From assembly GCA_037189525.1 (NCBI GenBank), contig JBBCJC010000005.1, positions 832,001 through 896,000 of the forward strand: DNA of 64,000 nt, read 5' to 3'. A program made the translations under genes and the position numbers. Under the pieces are notes generated by a model. That model saw only the letters and a list, made by a program, of their open reading frames with translations, searched no databases and was not told the DNA's origin. Shown here piece after piece: positions 30,437 to 40,525 of this stretch (positions are counted from its first letter, which is position 1; each line of letters opens with the position of its first letter). This DNA is from Gemmatimonadales bacterium. GTDB taxonomy: Bacteria; Gemmatimonadota; Gemmatimonadetes; Gemmatimonadales; GWC2-71-9.

Positions 30437-31294
30437 CTATTCCCCCCGCACCAGGGCACGATACCGGCGAATGATGTCCTGCGTCACCGGTCCCGGTTTT
30501 CCAGTGCCGATGGTACGACCGTCGTACAGCCGGACCGGAGCCACCTCCGCACCGGTCCCGCAGAGGAAAATTTCATCCGCGGTGTACAGGTCATACCGAT
30601 TGAGCATGGTTTCGCGGGCATCGTATCCGGCGGCAGCGGCGATCTCGAAAATCACCTGTCGCGTCACACCGAGCAGAATGCCGGCATGCGGCGGCGGGGT
30701 CTTGAGCACGCCATCCTTGACGATCCAGACGTTCATCCCCGACCCTTCGCACACATGCCCCGTCGAATCGAGCATGATGGCGTCGTCTGCGCCAGCCACG
30801 TTGGCCTCGTGCTTGGCAAACACGTGCGGGAGATAGTTGAGCGATTTGATCCGCGGCGACAACGCCTCCCGCTGCGGAATCGGCGTGCCGGCGGTGACCA
30901 GCGCCAGACCGTTTTCGTAGCGATCGGCCGGCCACATCTTGATGCCGTCGACGATGATGATCACCGTCGGCGTGGTGCACTTCTTGGGATCGATGCCGAG
31001 ATCGCCGTCGCCGCGGGTGACGATGGGGCGAATGTACGCCTCGGGGATGCCGAGCTTGGCAACGCCCTCCTCGATCAATCGCGCCATCTCTTCGCGCGGC
31101 ATCGGGATGGTCATGGCAATGGCCTGCGCCGAATCATACAGGCGATCGACATGTTCCTTATTGCGAAAGACCTTTCCGTTGTAGGCGCGAATTCCCTCGA
31201 ACACTCCGTCGCCGTACAGCAGACCGTGGTCGAATACGGATACTTTGGCGGCGCTGCGATCGACCCACGCGCCGTTCATCCAGATAATGGCCAT
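30437..31294 (-). CDS. ilvE: Branched-chain amino acid aminotransferase
   Basis: VFDHGLLYGDGVFEGIRAY, IKSLNYL, EGSGMN, ILLGVTR, GTGAEV. Confidence 0.95.
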   Translation of the reverse strand: MAIIWMNGAWVDRSAAKVSVFDHGLLYGDGVFEGIRAYNGKVFRNKEHVDRLYDSAQAIAMTIPMPREEMARLIEEGVAKLGIPEAYIRPIVTRGDGDLGIDPKKCTTPTVIIIVDGIKMWPADRYENGLALVTAGTPIPQREALSPRIKSLNYLPHVFAKHEANVAGADDAIMLDSTGHVCEGSGMNVWIVKDGVLKTPPPHAGILLGVTRQVIFEIAAAAGYDARETMLNRYDLYTADEIFLCGTGAEVAPVRLYDGRTIGTGKPGPVTQDIIRRYRALVRGE

Positions 31295-31365
31295 CAGACC
31301 GTCTCGTCTCGAGTTACCGTTACCAACACTTGGGCGGACCCGGACAACTTAACCCCGCCCGTGAC

Positions 31366-31653
31366 TCACTGCAGCGCAGCCGGCCATTCCCGCGTGAGAT
31401 GCTCGCGCCGAATGATCAAATGGTGCCGGTTGAGCCAGTTGAGCGCGCGATCGCGCGTCGTCATCCCGGTTTCGACCGGATCGAACGGAAATCCGTAATA
31501 CGTGATCCCGTCGAGCTCGTAACACCAGACGGCGTTGCGGAGCGTGTGATCCGCCTCGTCGTCCGGCGGCGCCAGATCATCGGGGGCAATGGCCCGCCAC
31601 TCGATGGATTTATTGCACCAGCGAACCGTGTGCCGACCGACCGTTTTTCCCAC
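31366..31653 (-). CDS. Hypothetical protein
   Basis: AAAGGAG 7 nt before GTG at 31653; 95 aa, no recognised family. Confidence 0.55.
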   Translation of the reverse strand: MGKTVGRHTVRWCNKSIEWRAIAPDDLAPPDDEADHTLRNAVWCYELDGITYYGFPFDPVETGMTTRDRALNWLNRHHLIIRREHLTREWPAALQ

Positions 31654-31840
31654 GACTGCGCTCCTTTCTCGAGCCACGAGCGTTCTACCCGGGCCTCCAG
31701 AATCCCGGCAGCACGCCGGGCGGGCCGGCATTCGATACCGGCCCGTGGCACCTTGGAGCAATCACAGTGCCAGATATTCAGACAGTCAAAAAATGCGACA
31801 GTTTTACGAGCGCTCTACGAGAGCGTTTGCCCCCAACTGA

Positions 31841-33760
31841 CTAAATCTTCCACCCCAGCACATTGAAGGTCGAAAGCGACCAGAAGAAGAGAATTGCGAG
31901 CACGACCACCGCGCTGTGCCGCACCCTGGCCATCGTCGTGCCGGCCCCAGCGCGCCACTGTCCGATGGCCACCCAGGCCGCCAGGAGGGTGAGGATCGCC
32001 CCCAGCACGGGAAGGACGAGCGCGACCTTGAGACTGGTCGGCGTGTCCATGAACACCGCTTCGGCGCCCTTCGAAAAAATCGCGGCCAGCACCACCACGA
32101 ACAGCACCTGAGTCAGCGCGATCAGCCCACCCAGCCGGCGTCCCCGCGCAATCAGATCCGGCACCGGCAGGCGTCCCGGACTGCCGCGATTGAAGAAGCG
32201 GACCAGCGCGATAATCAGAATCAGGACGAAGACGATGAGACCGACGATCAGGATATTCCGGTGGAAGGCCACGCCCCCGAGCCCCTCGTAGCGCTCCATC
32301 GCCATCATCGGTCCGGCGCCCATGAAGCCGTGGGTGATGACCCCGCGGTCGTTCTCCCGGAAGGCGAACAATCCTCCCGAAACGACATCGCGGAAGAGCA
32401 GCGAATCGATCGGAACCAGCCGCGCCCCCAAGCTCGGCAGATAGAGCGAGCCGTCCTCCTCGGCCTGAATCACCGTCGCGCCGGCCAGGTCGAAGACCGC
32501 CATATAGGTCGAGTAGTTCCGGCGGTTCATCAGGTACTCGCCTGCGTAGCGCTTGGCCCCCGCCTTGGCGCCCTCACTGGGAACGGGATACGTCGTGGCC
32601 TGGGGATAAAAGCGATCGAGGATCGTCTGCAAAAACGGCGAGAAGCTGACCGCACCGCCGGTGTTGGTGTTGGTCGACATGAAGATGCCGACGTTGTCCT
32701 CGAGGATCAGCGCCAGGTCCGAATGGAACCACTGCGTGTCGCCGCCGTGCCCGATGATCCGCACGCCGTGACTGGTCTTTTCGTAGAAGCCATGCGCAAA
32801 GCCGGGAATCCGCGGATCGTGCCCCTGCAGTCGGCTGTACATCAGATCTGCCGTCGCCGGCGAAAAGATCGTGGCCGACCCCGAGGTGCCTTTACCCAGA
32901 TACGCGATCATCAGCTTGGCCATGTCGTCGGCCGAAGCGGAGATGGATCCGGCCGGCGCGGCGCCCGTGACGATCTCGAACGGACGCGGCTCGTAGCGAT
33001 GCGCCTTCCACTCGTAGCCCTCCGACATGAACGGCACCAGGCGAGCCGGGAGCGGCTGTCTCCCGGTGCTGTAGGTCATGCCGAGTGGCGTGAAGATGTG
33101 TTGCTCGATGTACTCGTCCCAGCTCAAACCGGAGACGCGCTCGACGATATACCCTGCGAGCGCCGTGGCCCAGTTGGAATAGGCGGAGAAGGTACCCGGC
33201 GCCCGGACGCGGGCGGGCATGTGACTCGCGAGCCACTCGCCCATCGGACGGATCGCGGCGGAGTCGGTCGTGAAGAGACCGCGTGGATCCTCTTCCAGTC
33301 CCGGCGTGTGCGACAGGATATGCTTGAGCGTGATCGGCTCGGCGAAAGTCTCGGGAATCCGGAAGTCGATGTACTCGTTGACATCCTTGTCGAGATCGAG
33401 CTTACCCTGCTCGACCAGCTGCATCACCGCGGTCCAGGTCAGCAGCTTGGAGACCGAGCCGATCCGGAACATCGTGGTGGCGGGATCGACCGGTTCGCGC
33501 TTGGCGACATTGGCGAAACCGTAGCCCTTCGAGAAGAAGAGCGCGCCGTCCTTGACGACCGAGACGGTGACGCCCGCGATATTCTTCTCGCGCATGTAGA
33601 CCCGAACCACGCCGTCCAGGTACGCCTCCAACTCGGCGACGTTCTGGATGCCCCGCGTCGGAGCCGGCGCCGCGGCGGGAACCGACTGGGCCTGCGCGAG
33701 CGACGACATGCCCGTTGCCATAGCCAAAACTGCCAACACCACTCCTGCGAGAGCCGGCAC
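31841..33760 (-). CDS. Serine hydrolase (beta-lactamase/AmpC family) with C-terminal TM helices; start approximate
   Basis: FRIGSVSK (SxxK), YSN, HGGD. Confidence 0.9.
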   Translation of the reverse strand: MPALAGVVLAVLAMATGMSSLAQAQSVPAAAPAPTRGIQNVAELEAYLDGVVRVYMREKNIAGVTVSVVKDGALFFSKGYGFANVAKREPVDPATTMFRIGSVSKLLTWTAVMQLVEQGKLDLDKDVNEYIDFRIPETFAEPITLKHILSHTPGLEEDPRGLFTTDSAAIRPMGEWLASHMPARVRAPGTFSAYSNWATALAGYIVERVSGLSWDEYIEQHIFTPLGMTYSTGRQPLPARLVPFMSEGYEWKAHRYEPRPFEIVTGAAPAGSISASADDMAKLMIAYLGKGTSGSATIFSPATADLMYSRLQGHDPRIPGFAHGFYEKTSHGVRIIGHGGDTQWFHSDLALILEDNVGIFMSTNTNTGGAVSFSPFLQTILDRFYPQATTYPVPSEGAKAGAKRYAGEYLMNRRNYSTYMAVFDLAGATVIQAEEDGSLYLPSLGARLVPIDSLLFRDVVSGGLFAFRENDRGVITHGFMGAGPMMAMERYEGLGGVAFHRNILIVGLIVFVLILIIALVRFFNRGSPGRLPVPDLIARGRRLGGLIALTQVLFVVVLAAIFSKGAEAVFMDTPTSLKVALVLPVLGAILTLLAAWVAIGQWRAGAGTTMARVRHSAVVVLAILFFWSLSTFNVLGWKI

Positions 33761-33943
33761 GAAGGGTCCCTCCCGGGGGAAACGGTTCGCTGCTTTGTAT
33801 ACAATTATTGGAATGCATACGTTGCAGCCGGAACCGGAGTTTCGCAAGGCTCACGGGCGCCGGCTGGCCGGGTGAGCAGGTAGCGTGGTACTTTGGGGCT
33901 CGTCACCTTCCTCACTCTTCCCAAGACGCCGGAGCAACAGACG

Positions 33944-34981
33944 GTGCGCATTGCCGTGGTCTTCGACACCCCCTACGCCGGGTGGACGGCCGAACGACAT
34001 CGCAAGCAGATGCAGGACGAACTGGACGGCACGGTCGACGTGCCGGACGTCGAGGTCGAGTATCAGGTCACCGCGGCGCTGGAGGCCAACGGTCACGAGA
34101 CGCTGATGGTCGGGGTATACGACGACCTCCGGGTCGTGCTCGACGCCTGCCTCGAATGGAAGCCCGACCTCGTCTTCAATTGCACCGAGGCGTTCCGAGA
34201 CCCGCGCAACGACTACGTCTTTCCCGCGCTGCTCGACTCGATCGGGATTCGCTACACCGGTTCGCCCGCGCAGGGACTCCTGGTGTCGCGCGACAAAGCA
34301 ATGAGTAAGAAGGTGCTCGCCTACCACGGCATCAAAGTCCCGGGGTTCACAACCTACCGCCTGGGTGAAGCCGTGACCGAGGCCCCTGCGCTCCCGTTTC
34401 CGCTGATCGTCAAGCCGCTCGCATCGGACGCCTCGGTGGGCATCTCACAGGCATCGGTGGTGAGCGACGTCGCCAGCCTGGCCGAGCGGGTGGCATTCGT
34501 CCATCAGCGATTTCAACAGGCGGCCATCACCGAAGAGTTCGTAGCCGGCCGCGAACTCTACGCCGGCGTGCTCGGCAACGGCCCCGAACTGCAGGTCCTG
34601 CCGCTCACGGAACTGGTGTTCGACAAGGAGATGAACGCCCCCGAGGAGCGGATCGCGACGTCGTCGACCAAGTGGGATGAACCGTACCGGCTGCGCCGCC
34701 GGATCCGCTATCAGTTTGCCCGGCCGGTATCGGCAGCTGCGCGGGAGCAGATCGAGTGGATCTGTCGCACCGCCTGCCGCGCATTGTGGCTCTGCGACTA
34801 TGCCCGGATCGACGTTCGCCTCACCGACGACGATGAAGTCTGGGTGCTCGAAGCCAACGCGAACCCGTATATCTCCGAAGGACACGAGTTCGCGAACTCC
34901 GCCGAAAAGATCGGCCTCGACTACTACCAGCTGATCCAGCGCCTGGTCACCAACGCGATGGCGCGATATTCCGATGCCTAG
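33944..34981 (+). CDS. ATP-grasp ligase, D-Ala-D-Ala ligase-like
   Basis: LVFNCTE, YTGS, DKAMSK, PLIVKP..DASVGI, EEFVAGRE, YARIDVR, LEANANP; lacks the GGxSxE N-terminus of true Ddl. Confidence 0.88.
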   Translation: MRIAVVFDTPYAGWTAERHRKQMQDELDGTVDVPDVEVEYQVTAALEANGHETLMVGVYDDLRVVLDACLEWKPDLVFNCTEAFRDPRNDYVFPALLDSIGIRYTGSPAQGLLVSRDKAMSKKVLAYHGIKVPGFTTYRLGEAVTEAPALPFPLIVKPLASDASVGISQASVVSDVASLAERVAFVHQRFQQAAITEEFVAGRELYAGVLGNGPELQVLPLTELVFDKEMNAPEERIATSSTKWDEPYRLRRRIRYQFARPVSAAAREQIEWICRTACRALWLCDYARIDVRLTDDDEVWVLEANANPYISEGHEFANSAEKIGLDYYQLIQRLVTNAMARYSDA

Positions 34982-35957
34982 GAACCCGCCGGACGATCCG
35001 CGCTGCCGATGCGGCTATCCGCTCAAGCGGTACTGGTGGTACTGCCCCGATTGCGGCCGGTCGCAACGCTGGCCGGAGATGAGCGAGATCACCGGCAAGC
35101 GTTGCCCCGAGTGCACCTGGGCGGTGTCGCCCAAGTTCTCCTATTGCCCTTGGTGCGCAACCGAGATCACCGAAGCCCGCTCGTCGCCGGAGCCGCTCAA
35201 AGCGCCGGCCGGTTTTCGGATGGATGCCCGCTGCGACGGCGGGTGTGGCGGCGGCGTCCAGTATCCGATGGCCTACTGCCCCTGGTGCGCCGCCGAGCAG
35301 GAGTGGAACGAGGACAACAAGTTCGAGGGCGACTGCGCTCATTGCGCGCGGGGCGTCGACGACTGGATGGATCACTGCCCCTGGTGCGGCGAAGATGCCA
35401 CGGGGCGGGATCTGATTCCGCGGGCGCTCCTCAGAGTCCGGCGGTTGCTCAAGGTGTCCCGGGTTCCCAATTGGGGCTATCGGGTGCTGCTCCGACCGGG
35501 CGTGTCCGGCGTCGACCCCGGGTACCCGAAGATCGTCGAAATCGAACAGAAGTACGTCTCGGGCCGGCGGCGCGATGAAATCCCGTGGACCATGCTGGTG
35601 GGGCTGATCAGCCACGAACTGGGACACAGCTTTCTCTACCACCATTGGCACTGGACGCAGTCGCCGGCATTTCGGCGTGTCTTCGGCGAAGCCAAAAAAG
35701 CCTACCGGGTCAACGACGATGCCTGGGTCGATTTCCAGCGCCGCCGAGTCGCCATCAATCCGGTCGATCATGTGAGCGGCTATGCGGCCCGGCATCCGCA
35801 GGAGGATTTTGCGGAGACCTTCCGGTACTATGTGACCCGCGGCGGACGGCTCCGGGAGTTGTTTGCCGAACTGGGCCAGAAGCGCAAAGGCGTCCCGGTC
35901 TATGAAAAGTTCCTGGTCCTCCAATCGCTGATCCGGTCGCTCAACTCCTGGCGGTGA
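34974..35957 (+). CDS. Zinc-ribbon repeat protein fused to a zincin metallopeptidase
   Basis: Four Cys4 ribbons followed by HELGH and YA.RHPQEDFAETF; overlaps the ligase gene by 8 nt. Confidence 0.85.
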   Translation: MPRNPPDDPRCRCGYPLKRYWWYCPDCGRSQRWPEMSEITGKRCPECTWAVSPKFSYCPWCATEITEARSSPEPLKAPAGFRMDARCDGGCGGGVQYPMAYCPWCAAEQEWNEDNKFEGDCAHCARGVDDWMDHCPWCGEDATGRDLIPRALLRVRRLLKVSRVPNWGYRVLLRPGVSGVDPGYPKIVEIEQKYVSGRRRDEIPWTMLVGLISHELGHSFLYHHWHWTQSPAFRRVFGEAKKAYRVNDDAWVDFQRRRVAINPVDHVSGYAARHPQEDFAETFRYYVTRGGRLRELFAELGQKRKGVPVYEKFLVLQSLIRSLNSWR

Positions 35958-36055
35958 ATCGGGCCACTGTCACCGGCCCCTTTCTCGCCAGCAGCAACCC
36001 CGTTACCATCCGAGCGGGTTGCTGGAGTCCAACGACGTACGCCGGGGAGGCGCCC

Positions 36056-36229
36056 GTGGGCAAGAAGGAAGATGCGATGATCGCGAAGCTGGTCAAAAAA
36101 GCCAACGCGAAGGTCGCTCCACCGAAGGACCGTTCGTCGCAGTACGACGATACGCTGCGAGTTCGGCAAAGCGAAGAAAATTCCGAGACCAAACAACTGT
36201 TCAAAGAAATGCGGCGCCGCGAGTTCTGA
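36056..36229 (+). CDS. Small charged hypothetical protein (57 aa)
   Basis: GGAGG 5 nt before GTG; MGKKEDAMIAKLVKK...LFKEMRRREF. Confidence 0.6.
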   Translation: MGKKEDAMIAKLVKKANAKVAPPKDRSSQYDDTLRVRQSEENSETKQLFKEMRRREF

Positions 36230-36255
36230 CGGCGCCGCTTTTCGTTTGGTCCGGT

Positions 36256-36651
36256 TCAGGGCGCCGTGTTGCGTTGCAGGTGCAGCCAGGCCTTTGCCTC
36301 GCGATAGGCGTCCTTCCCGAACCGGCTATCCGAGAAGTATTTGCTCCGTCCGCGGTACCGCGCCTGCCATCCGCACGTCGTAGCAGAGTCGAGTCGCACG
36401 ACACACCCGCCCGCCGCCTTGCTCGTCGGCCCCTGAAACGGCGCCGCCACCCGATCGACATGCGAATAAGTCATCCCGCGTAACGCATCGCGCAGGGTTT
36501 TATAGGAAACACGATTGGCCCGAGCCATGCGTGCAATGGGATAATACCCCATCTGATGCGCTGCACGTCGGATCTCGACCACAAAGTCTTCGGAAAGGCG
36601 AGCGGAGCCGTGACGGCTGCCGCGCTTCGGTGGTACGGTTATCGTAGGCAT
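36256..36651 (-). CDS. DNA-binding protein with HNH-associated HTH and AP2-like domains
   Basis: RGSRHGSARLSEDFVVEIRR...ARMARANRVSYKTLRDALRGMTYSHV followed by GWQARY..SKYFSD..FG..AYREAKAW. Confidence 0.6.
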   Translation of the reverse strand: MPTITVPPKRGSRHGSARLSEDFVVEIRRAAHQMGYYPIARMARANRVSYKTLRDALRGMTYSHVDRVAAPFQGPTSKAAGGCVVRLDSATTCGWQARYRGRSKYFSDSRFGKDAYREAKAWLHLQRNTAP

Positions 36652-36984
36652 CAAGGCAAATCAGGTTCGAGGTTCGGCCTGACAGTGACGTGCGACTCCG
36701 GTATCTCGATAGGACGATCGAACAACCAATCGCCAACACGCGCGACTCGAGCACACGGCAGAACGGACGCCGATGTCGCACGAGGCTGCTGCACTTCGAA
36801 TCGGAATGACGAATGGATCGGCACGACAGAGGTCCGGTCTCGGCAAAACACCGGCGAAAAAGCAATTGTATACGAACGACGAGACGATACTAAGGGCGTC
36901 GTGCGTCGTTGTCCATCGCTCGTTGCAACGAAGTGGTGTCCAAGTGCACGACGGATCGATCATTCGTGACGATTCGAGACGCCG

Positions 36985-37875
36985 TCAACGCAATGCACTC
37001 AATCCCGGTGGAGGAACGATGGCCGAAGCGCCGAACGATTCCGTCGCCAGGAAATACCCCAGCGGCACCCGACTCGGCGTGGTCAGATTCACGACATTGC
37101 CTCGCACCGAAACCGGCGGCGCTGCGAAAGGATTCCCGCCACCCGTCATTTGTTCCAGCAGGACGAAGTAGTAGCGATACGCTTCTTCCGATAACGCGAC
37201 CTGCCGGATCTGCACCGTTTGCCCGGGCAAGAGCACTTCGTCGTCGAATGGCGTGTACCCCGCCACACGACCGCCATCGTAGAATCGGTCGTCACTCAGG
37301 ATCCGGAACCGCGTGCCTGGATCGATCTGCGCTCGGCGGCGGCCATCGACACTCAGTTCCCAGAAGTAATAGTTGCTGATGCCGGCGGGATCGGTGTAAT
37401 CGATGACGGCTCGATAGCCGGCGTCACTCCCGATCGAGGCTTCCTGATGGACGAAGTAGAGTCCCTCGATCGGAGCGACCGGCAGGAGGGTCGACATCGC
37501 GCGATAGCGATCACCCTGATAGTCGATCTGCAGGGTGTATCGACGACCGACAACCGGCAGGAAATCCGGGTGGACGTACTCTCCGGTGCCACGCTGGCGT
37601 TCCTCGAACAGATAGCTCTCACCGGCAAGGCCGAAGACCCTAACGACGGCTCCCGTTGCTGCGGGGGTGAGTCCAGTCCCGGTGACCGCACCGGTCGTCG
37701 TCAGCGAGATCCGCTGTTCGCGCGGGTTGCCCCAGTTCCGGCGTTCGATCCGCGCATCGACCACCAGACGGCGAGGTCCTTCCGGCAAATCCAGTTCGAC
37801 CACCCGGGTGCATCCCGTACTCAGCACCACGGCGCCGAGCGCCAGCCATCGGATCGGTCGAGAGAATACGCGCAT
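36985..37875 (-). CDS. DUF4249-family lipoprotein, partner of the TonB-dependent receptor
   Basis: Lipobox STGC, LVVDARI, DPAGISNYY, SEEAYRY, GNV...LGYF. Confidence 0.85.
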   Translation of the reverse strand: MRVFSRPIRWLALGAVVLSTGCTRVVELDLPEGPRRLVVDARIERRNWGNPREQRISLTTTGAVTGTGLTPAATGAVVRVFGLAGESYLFEERQRGTGEYVHPDFLPVVGRRYTLQIDYQGDRYRAMSTLLPVAPIEGLYFVHQEASIGSDAGYRAVIDYTDPAGISNYYFWELSVDGRRRAQIDPGTRFRILSDDRFYDGGRVAGYTPFDDEVLLPGQTVQIRQVALSEEAYRYYFVLLEQMTGGGNPFAAPPVSVRGNVVNLTTPSRVPLGYFLATESFGASAIVPPPGLSALR

Positions 37876-37877
37876 CG

Positions 37878-40319
37878 TCAGAACCGAAACGAGAACGACG
37901 CGCTGGGAACGACGCCGAAGATGGAGGTCTGCACGGCCTCGAGCTGAGTCGGATTCCCTTCGACCTGCTGAAACGCGATCGACTGGGCGTTGAAGCGGTT
38001 GTACACGTTGAAGAGCCCGAGTTGCAGTTGTTTGCGTCCCCAGCTCCGGGTGAAAGTCAGATCCAGGCGATGATACGCCGGAAGCCGGGCGGAGTTCCGG
38101 TCGCCATACTGGAGGAGCCAGAGGCCATCGAAGACACCGCGCGAGACCGGGTAGGTCACCGGAAGCCCGCTGCGCAGCACGAAGGTCCCGCCCACCGACC
38201 AGCGACCGCCGAGCGGGTGGAGCGCCACGACGGCCAGATCGTGGGTCTTGTCGAACGGCGCGGGATAGTAGCGCCCCTGGTTGATCCCGGGATCGCCGGC
38301 ATCGATCCCAGTCAACTGGCGCTCCGACCGGCTCAAGGTATAACTGACCCATCCCGTCAGCCGGCCAGTCCGCTTCCGCGTGTGGACTTCGAGGCCGTAG
38401 GCGCGTCCCCTGCCCTGCAGCATTTCCGTTTCGAGACGCTCATTGAGCGCGAGATCCGCGCCGTCGACGAAATCCGTGACGTTGGTGAGGCGCTTGAGAT
38501 ACCCTTCGACCGACACCTCGTACCGGTCCCCGCCCATCGTTGCCGCGTAGCCGAGCGCCACCTGGTCTGCTTGCTGCGGATCGAGATAGCGCCCGACCGG
38601 CTCCCAGACATCCACCGGCGTCGGCGCCGTGCTGTTGGAGACGAGGTGGAGATACTGCCGGGTCCGGGTATAACTCGCCTTGAGGCTGGCTGTCTTGCCC
38701 ACGCCGACCCGGAGCGAGACCCGAGGCTCGAGGCCCGCAAAACCGCCGAGCCGCTCTCCTGCCCCATACCGGACGCTGTCGACCAGTTCCCCGCGCTGAT
38801 AGCGCTCGAGCACCGGATCGTAGACGACGGGGGCATCATCGGCATACTGATACACGGTTGCAGGCCCGGTACGATGAAAACCCGCGTACCGAATCCCGTA
38901 CCGCACCGACACCGACGAACCAAGGTCGATCTCGTGACTGAGATGCACAGCGCGGCTCGTGCCTCGACGTTCTTCGACCCGAAACGGCGTCACGGGCGAC
39001 GCGCCGATCGGATCGACGCTGCCCGGCTCGATCCGATGCCAGACGATCTCGGCGCCCGCCTCGACCGTATTGCCGTTGCCGACGTAGAAGGTCTGGTCGA
39101 CCTCGAGGCTGGTGCCGCCGATGCGCGAGGCCCAATGCAGATCGCGCCCGGTACCGAGAAAATCGAGGGCGTAGTCGTACTCGCTGCTGGCCAGTACCAC
39201 CTTCGAAAAGAGGCGATTGCCCACCGCATGATTCCAGACGGCGCTCCCGGCCGTGTTGCCCCAACTCGCCTGGAACCGGTCAATCAGGCCGAGACGGTCA
39301 CGCCCCCGATAGCCGGACAGCATGAGCGAACCGTTGGCGCCCAGCCGCAAGGTCGTCTTGCCGTTGAGATCGTAGAAGTAGGCCGTGTTGCGGTTGAGTT
39401 CCGGATCGCTCGAGAGGCGGAGAAACAGATCGGCGTAGGTGCGTCGCCCAGCTATGAGAAACGAGCCGAGTTCGTTGGGGAGGGGGCCTTCCACGGCGAG
39501 CCGGCTGGCCAGCACACCAACCGAGCCCGTTCCCTCGACCCGGTTGAGACTACCTTCCCGCTGCCTAACATCGAGCACGGAGGACAGGCGTCCCCCGAAC
39601 CGGGCCGGAATGGCGCCCTTGTAGAGCTTGACGTCATCGACCGCATCGCCGTTGAAGACGGAGAAAAAGCCGAAAACGTGTGACGGGTTGTAGATGGTGG
39701 CTTCGTCGAGACGAATCAGGTTCTGGTCGACGGTCCCGCCGCGGACGCTGAACCCGGTGGTGAAATCACTCGCGTTGCTGACGCCGGGCAGCAGGGTGAG
39801 GGACCGGATCGGGTCGACCTCACCAAGCACGGCAGGAATCAGACGCACCGTGCGGATGTCGACCCGCGCGGTGCTCATCTCGACGGTACCGGGATCGATA
39901 TCGGAACTGTCGCGCGCCGCCTGGACCGCGACCTCTTCCAATTCGAACGGGAGAGGCGTGAGCAGGAAATCTCGCGAGAGCGAGGTGGTCAGATCGACCG
40001 TGGAGGTGTCCGGATGGTAGCCCACCGCGCGGATTCGAATCGGGGTGACGCCCCGCGGCAGCGACAGCACGAAAAAGCCATCCTGGTTAGTCTCCGCCCG
40101 GATGCCCTCTCGGCCGGCCACCAGTTGCGCACCGCGGATGACCTCGCGACTGGTCGACGACCGCACGTATCCGCTGAGCCTGACTCGGCCCGGAGACTCC
40201 GGCTCCTGCGCGAACAGCGTGCCGCCCCAGAGGAGAACGGGAACGACGAGACGCGACAGCGAAAGACGGAACGTGGCTTGCCAAACGAGCAGGCGACCCT
40301 TGAACGGGGTTCGAATCAC
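37878..40319 (-). CDS. TonB-dependent receptor; start approximate
   Basis: CarboxypepD-like N-domain, LGEVDPIRSL.LLPGV, VRGG..DQN, GGRLSSVLD, YHRLDL, C-terminal F. Confidence 0.93.
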   Translation of the reverse strand: MIRTPFKGRLLVWQATFRLSLSRLVVPVLLWGGTLFAQEPESPGRVRLSGYVRSSTSREVIRGAQLVAGREGIRAETNQDGFFVLSLPRGVTPIRIRAVGYHPDTSTVDLTTSLSRDFLLTPLPFELEEVAVQAARDSSDIDPGTVEMSTARVDIRTVRLIPAVLGEVDPIRSLTLLPGVSNASDFTTGFSVRGGTVDQNLIRLDEATIYNPSHVFGFFSVFNGDAVDDVKLYKGAIPARFGGRLSSVLDVRQREGSLNRVEGTGSVGVLASRLAVEGPLPNELGSFLIAGRRTYADLFLRLSSDPELNRNTAYFYDLNGKTTLRLGANGSLMLSGYRGRDRLGLIDRFQASWGNTAGSAVWNHAVGNRLFSKVVLASSEYDYALDFLGTGRDLHWASRIGGTSLEVDQTFYVGNGNTVEAGAEIVWHRIEPGSVDPIGASPVTPFRVEERRGTSRAVHLSHEIDLGSSVSVRYGIRYAGFHRTGPATVYQYADDAPVVYDPVLERYQRGELVDSVRYGAGERLGGFAGLEPRVSLRVGVGKTASLKASYTRTRQYLHLVSNSTAPTPVDVWEPVGRYLDPQQADQVALGYAATMGGDRYEVSVEGYLKRLTNVTDFVDGADLALNERLETEMLQGRGRAYGLEVHTRKRTGRLTGWVSYTLSRSERQLTGIDAGDPGINQGRYYPAPFDKTHDLAVVALHPLGGRWSVGGTFVLRSGLPVTYPVSRGVFDGLWLLQYGDRNSARLPAYHRLDLTFTRSWGRKQLQLGLFNVYNRFNAQSIAFQQVEGNPTQLEAVQTSIFGVVPSASFSFRF

Positions 40320-40342
40320 GAGGCACCGATCAGGTCGTCGAA

Positions 40343-40376
40343 TGAGGGCGCTGGGACTCGAACCCAGCACCTGCGG
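40343..40376 (-). repeat. Copy of the tRNA-Lys 3' end (att-like direct repeat)
   Basis: 32/34 identical to 41897-41930 (TGAGGGCGCTGGGACTCGAACCCAG[C/A]ACCT[G/A]CGG). Confidence 0.9.
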
Positions 40377-40525
40377 GGAAAACGGTCGGGGCCGCCGCCG
40401 ATGAGCGACAGTCACGCACCTTCCCTCGGATGTCCGGCGACACCGCGACCAGTGGCATCCCCTGATCAGACGCTAAACGCCGGGAGCGTCACAGACAAGT
40501 TCAGAGCGCGGCGAGGAGGAATCTC

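Noticed and set aside
33944..34981. Calling the ATP-grasp gene ddl or a vancomycin-resistance ligase
   Set aside because: Lacks the canonical N-terminal Ddl motif and has no mur or van gene context
40343..40376. A second tRNA gene
   Set aside because: Only the 3' portion is present; no D-arm or anticodon loop
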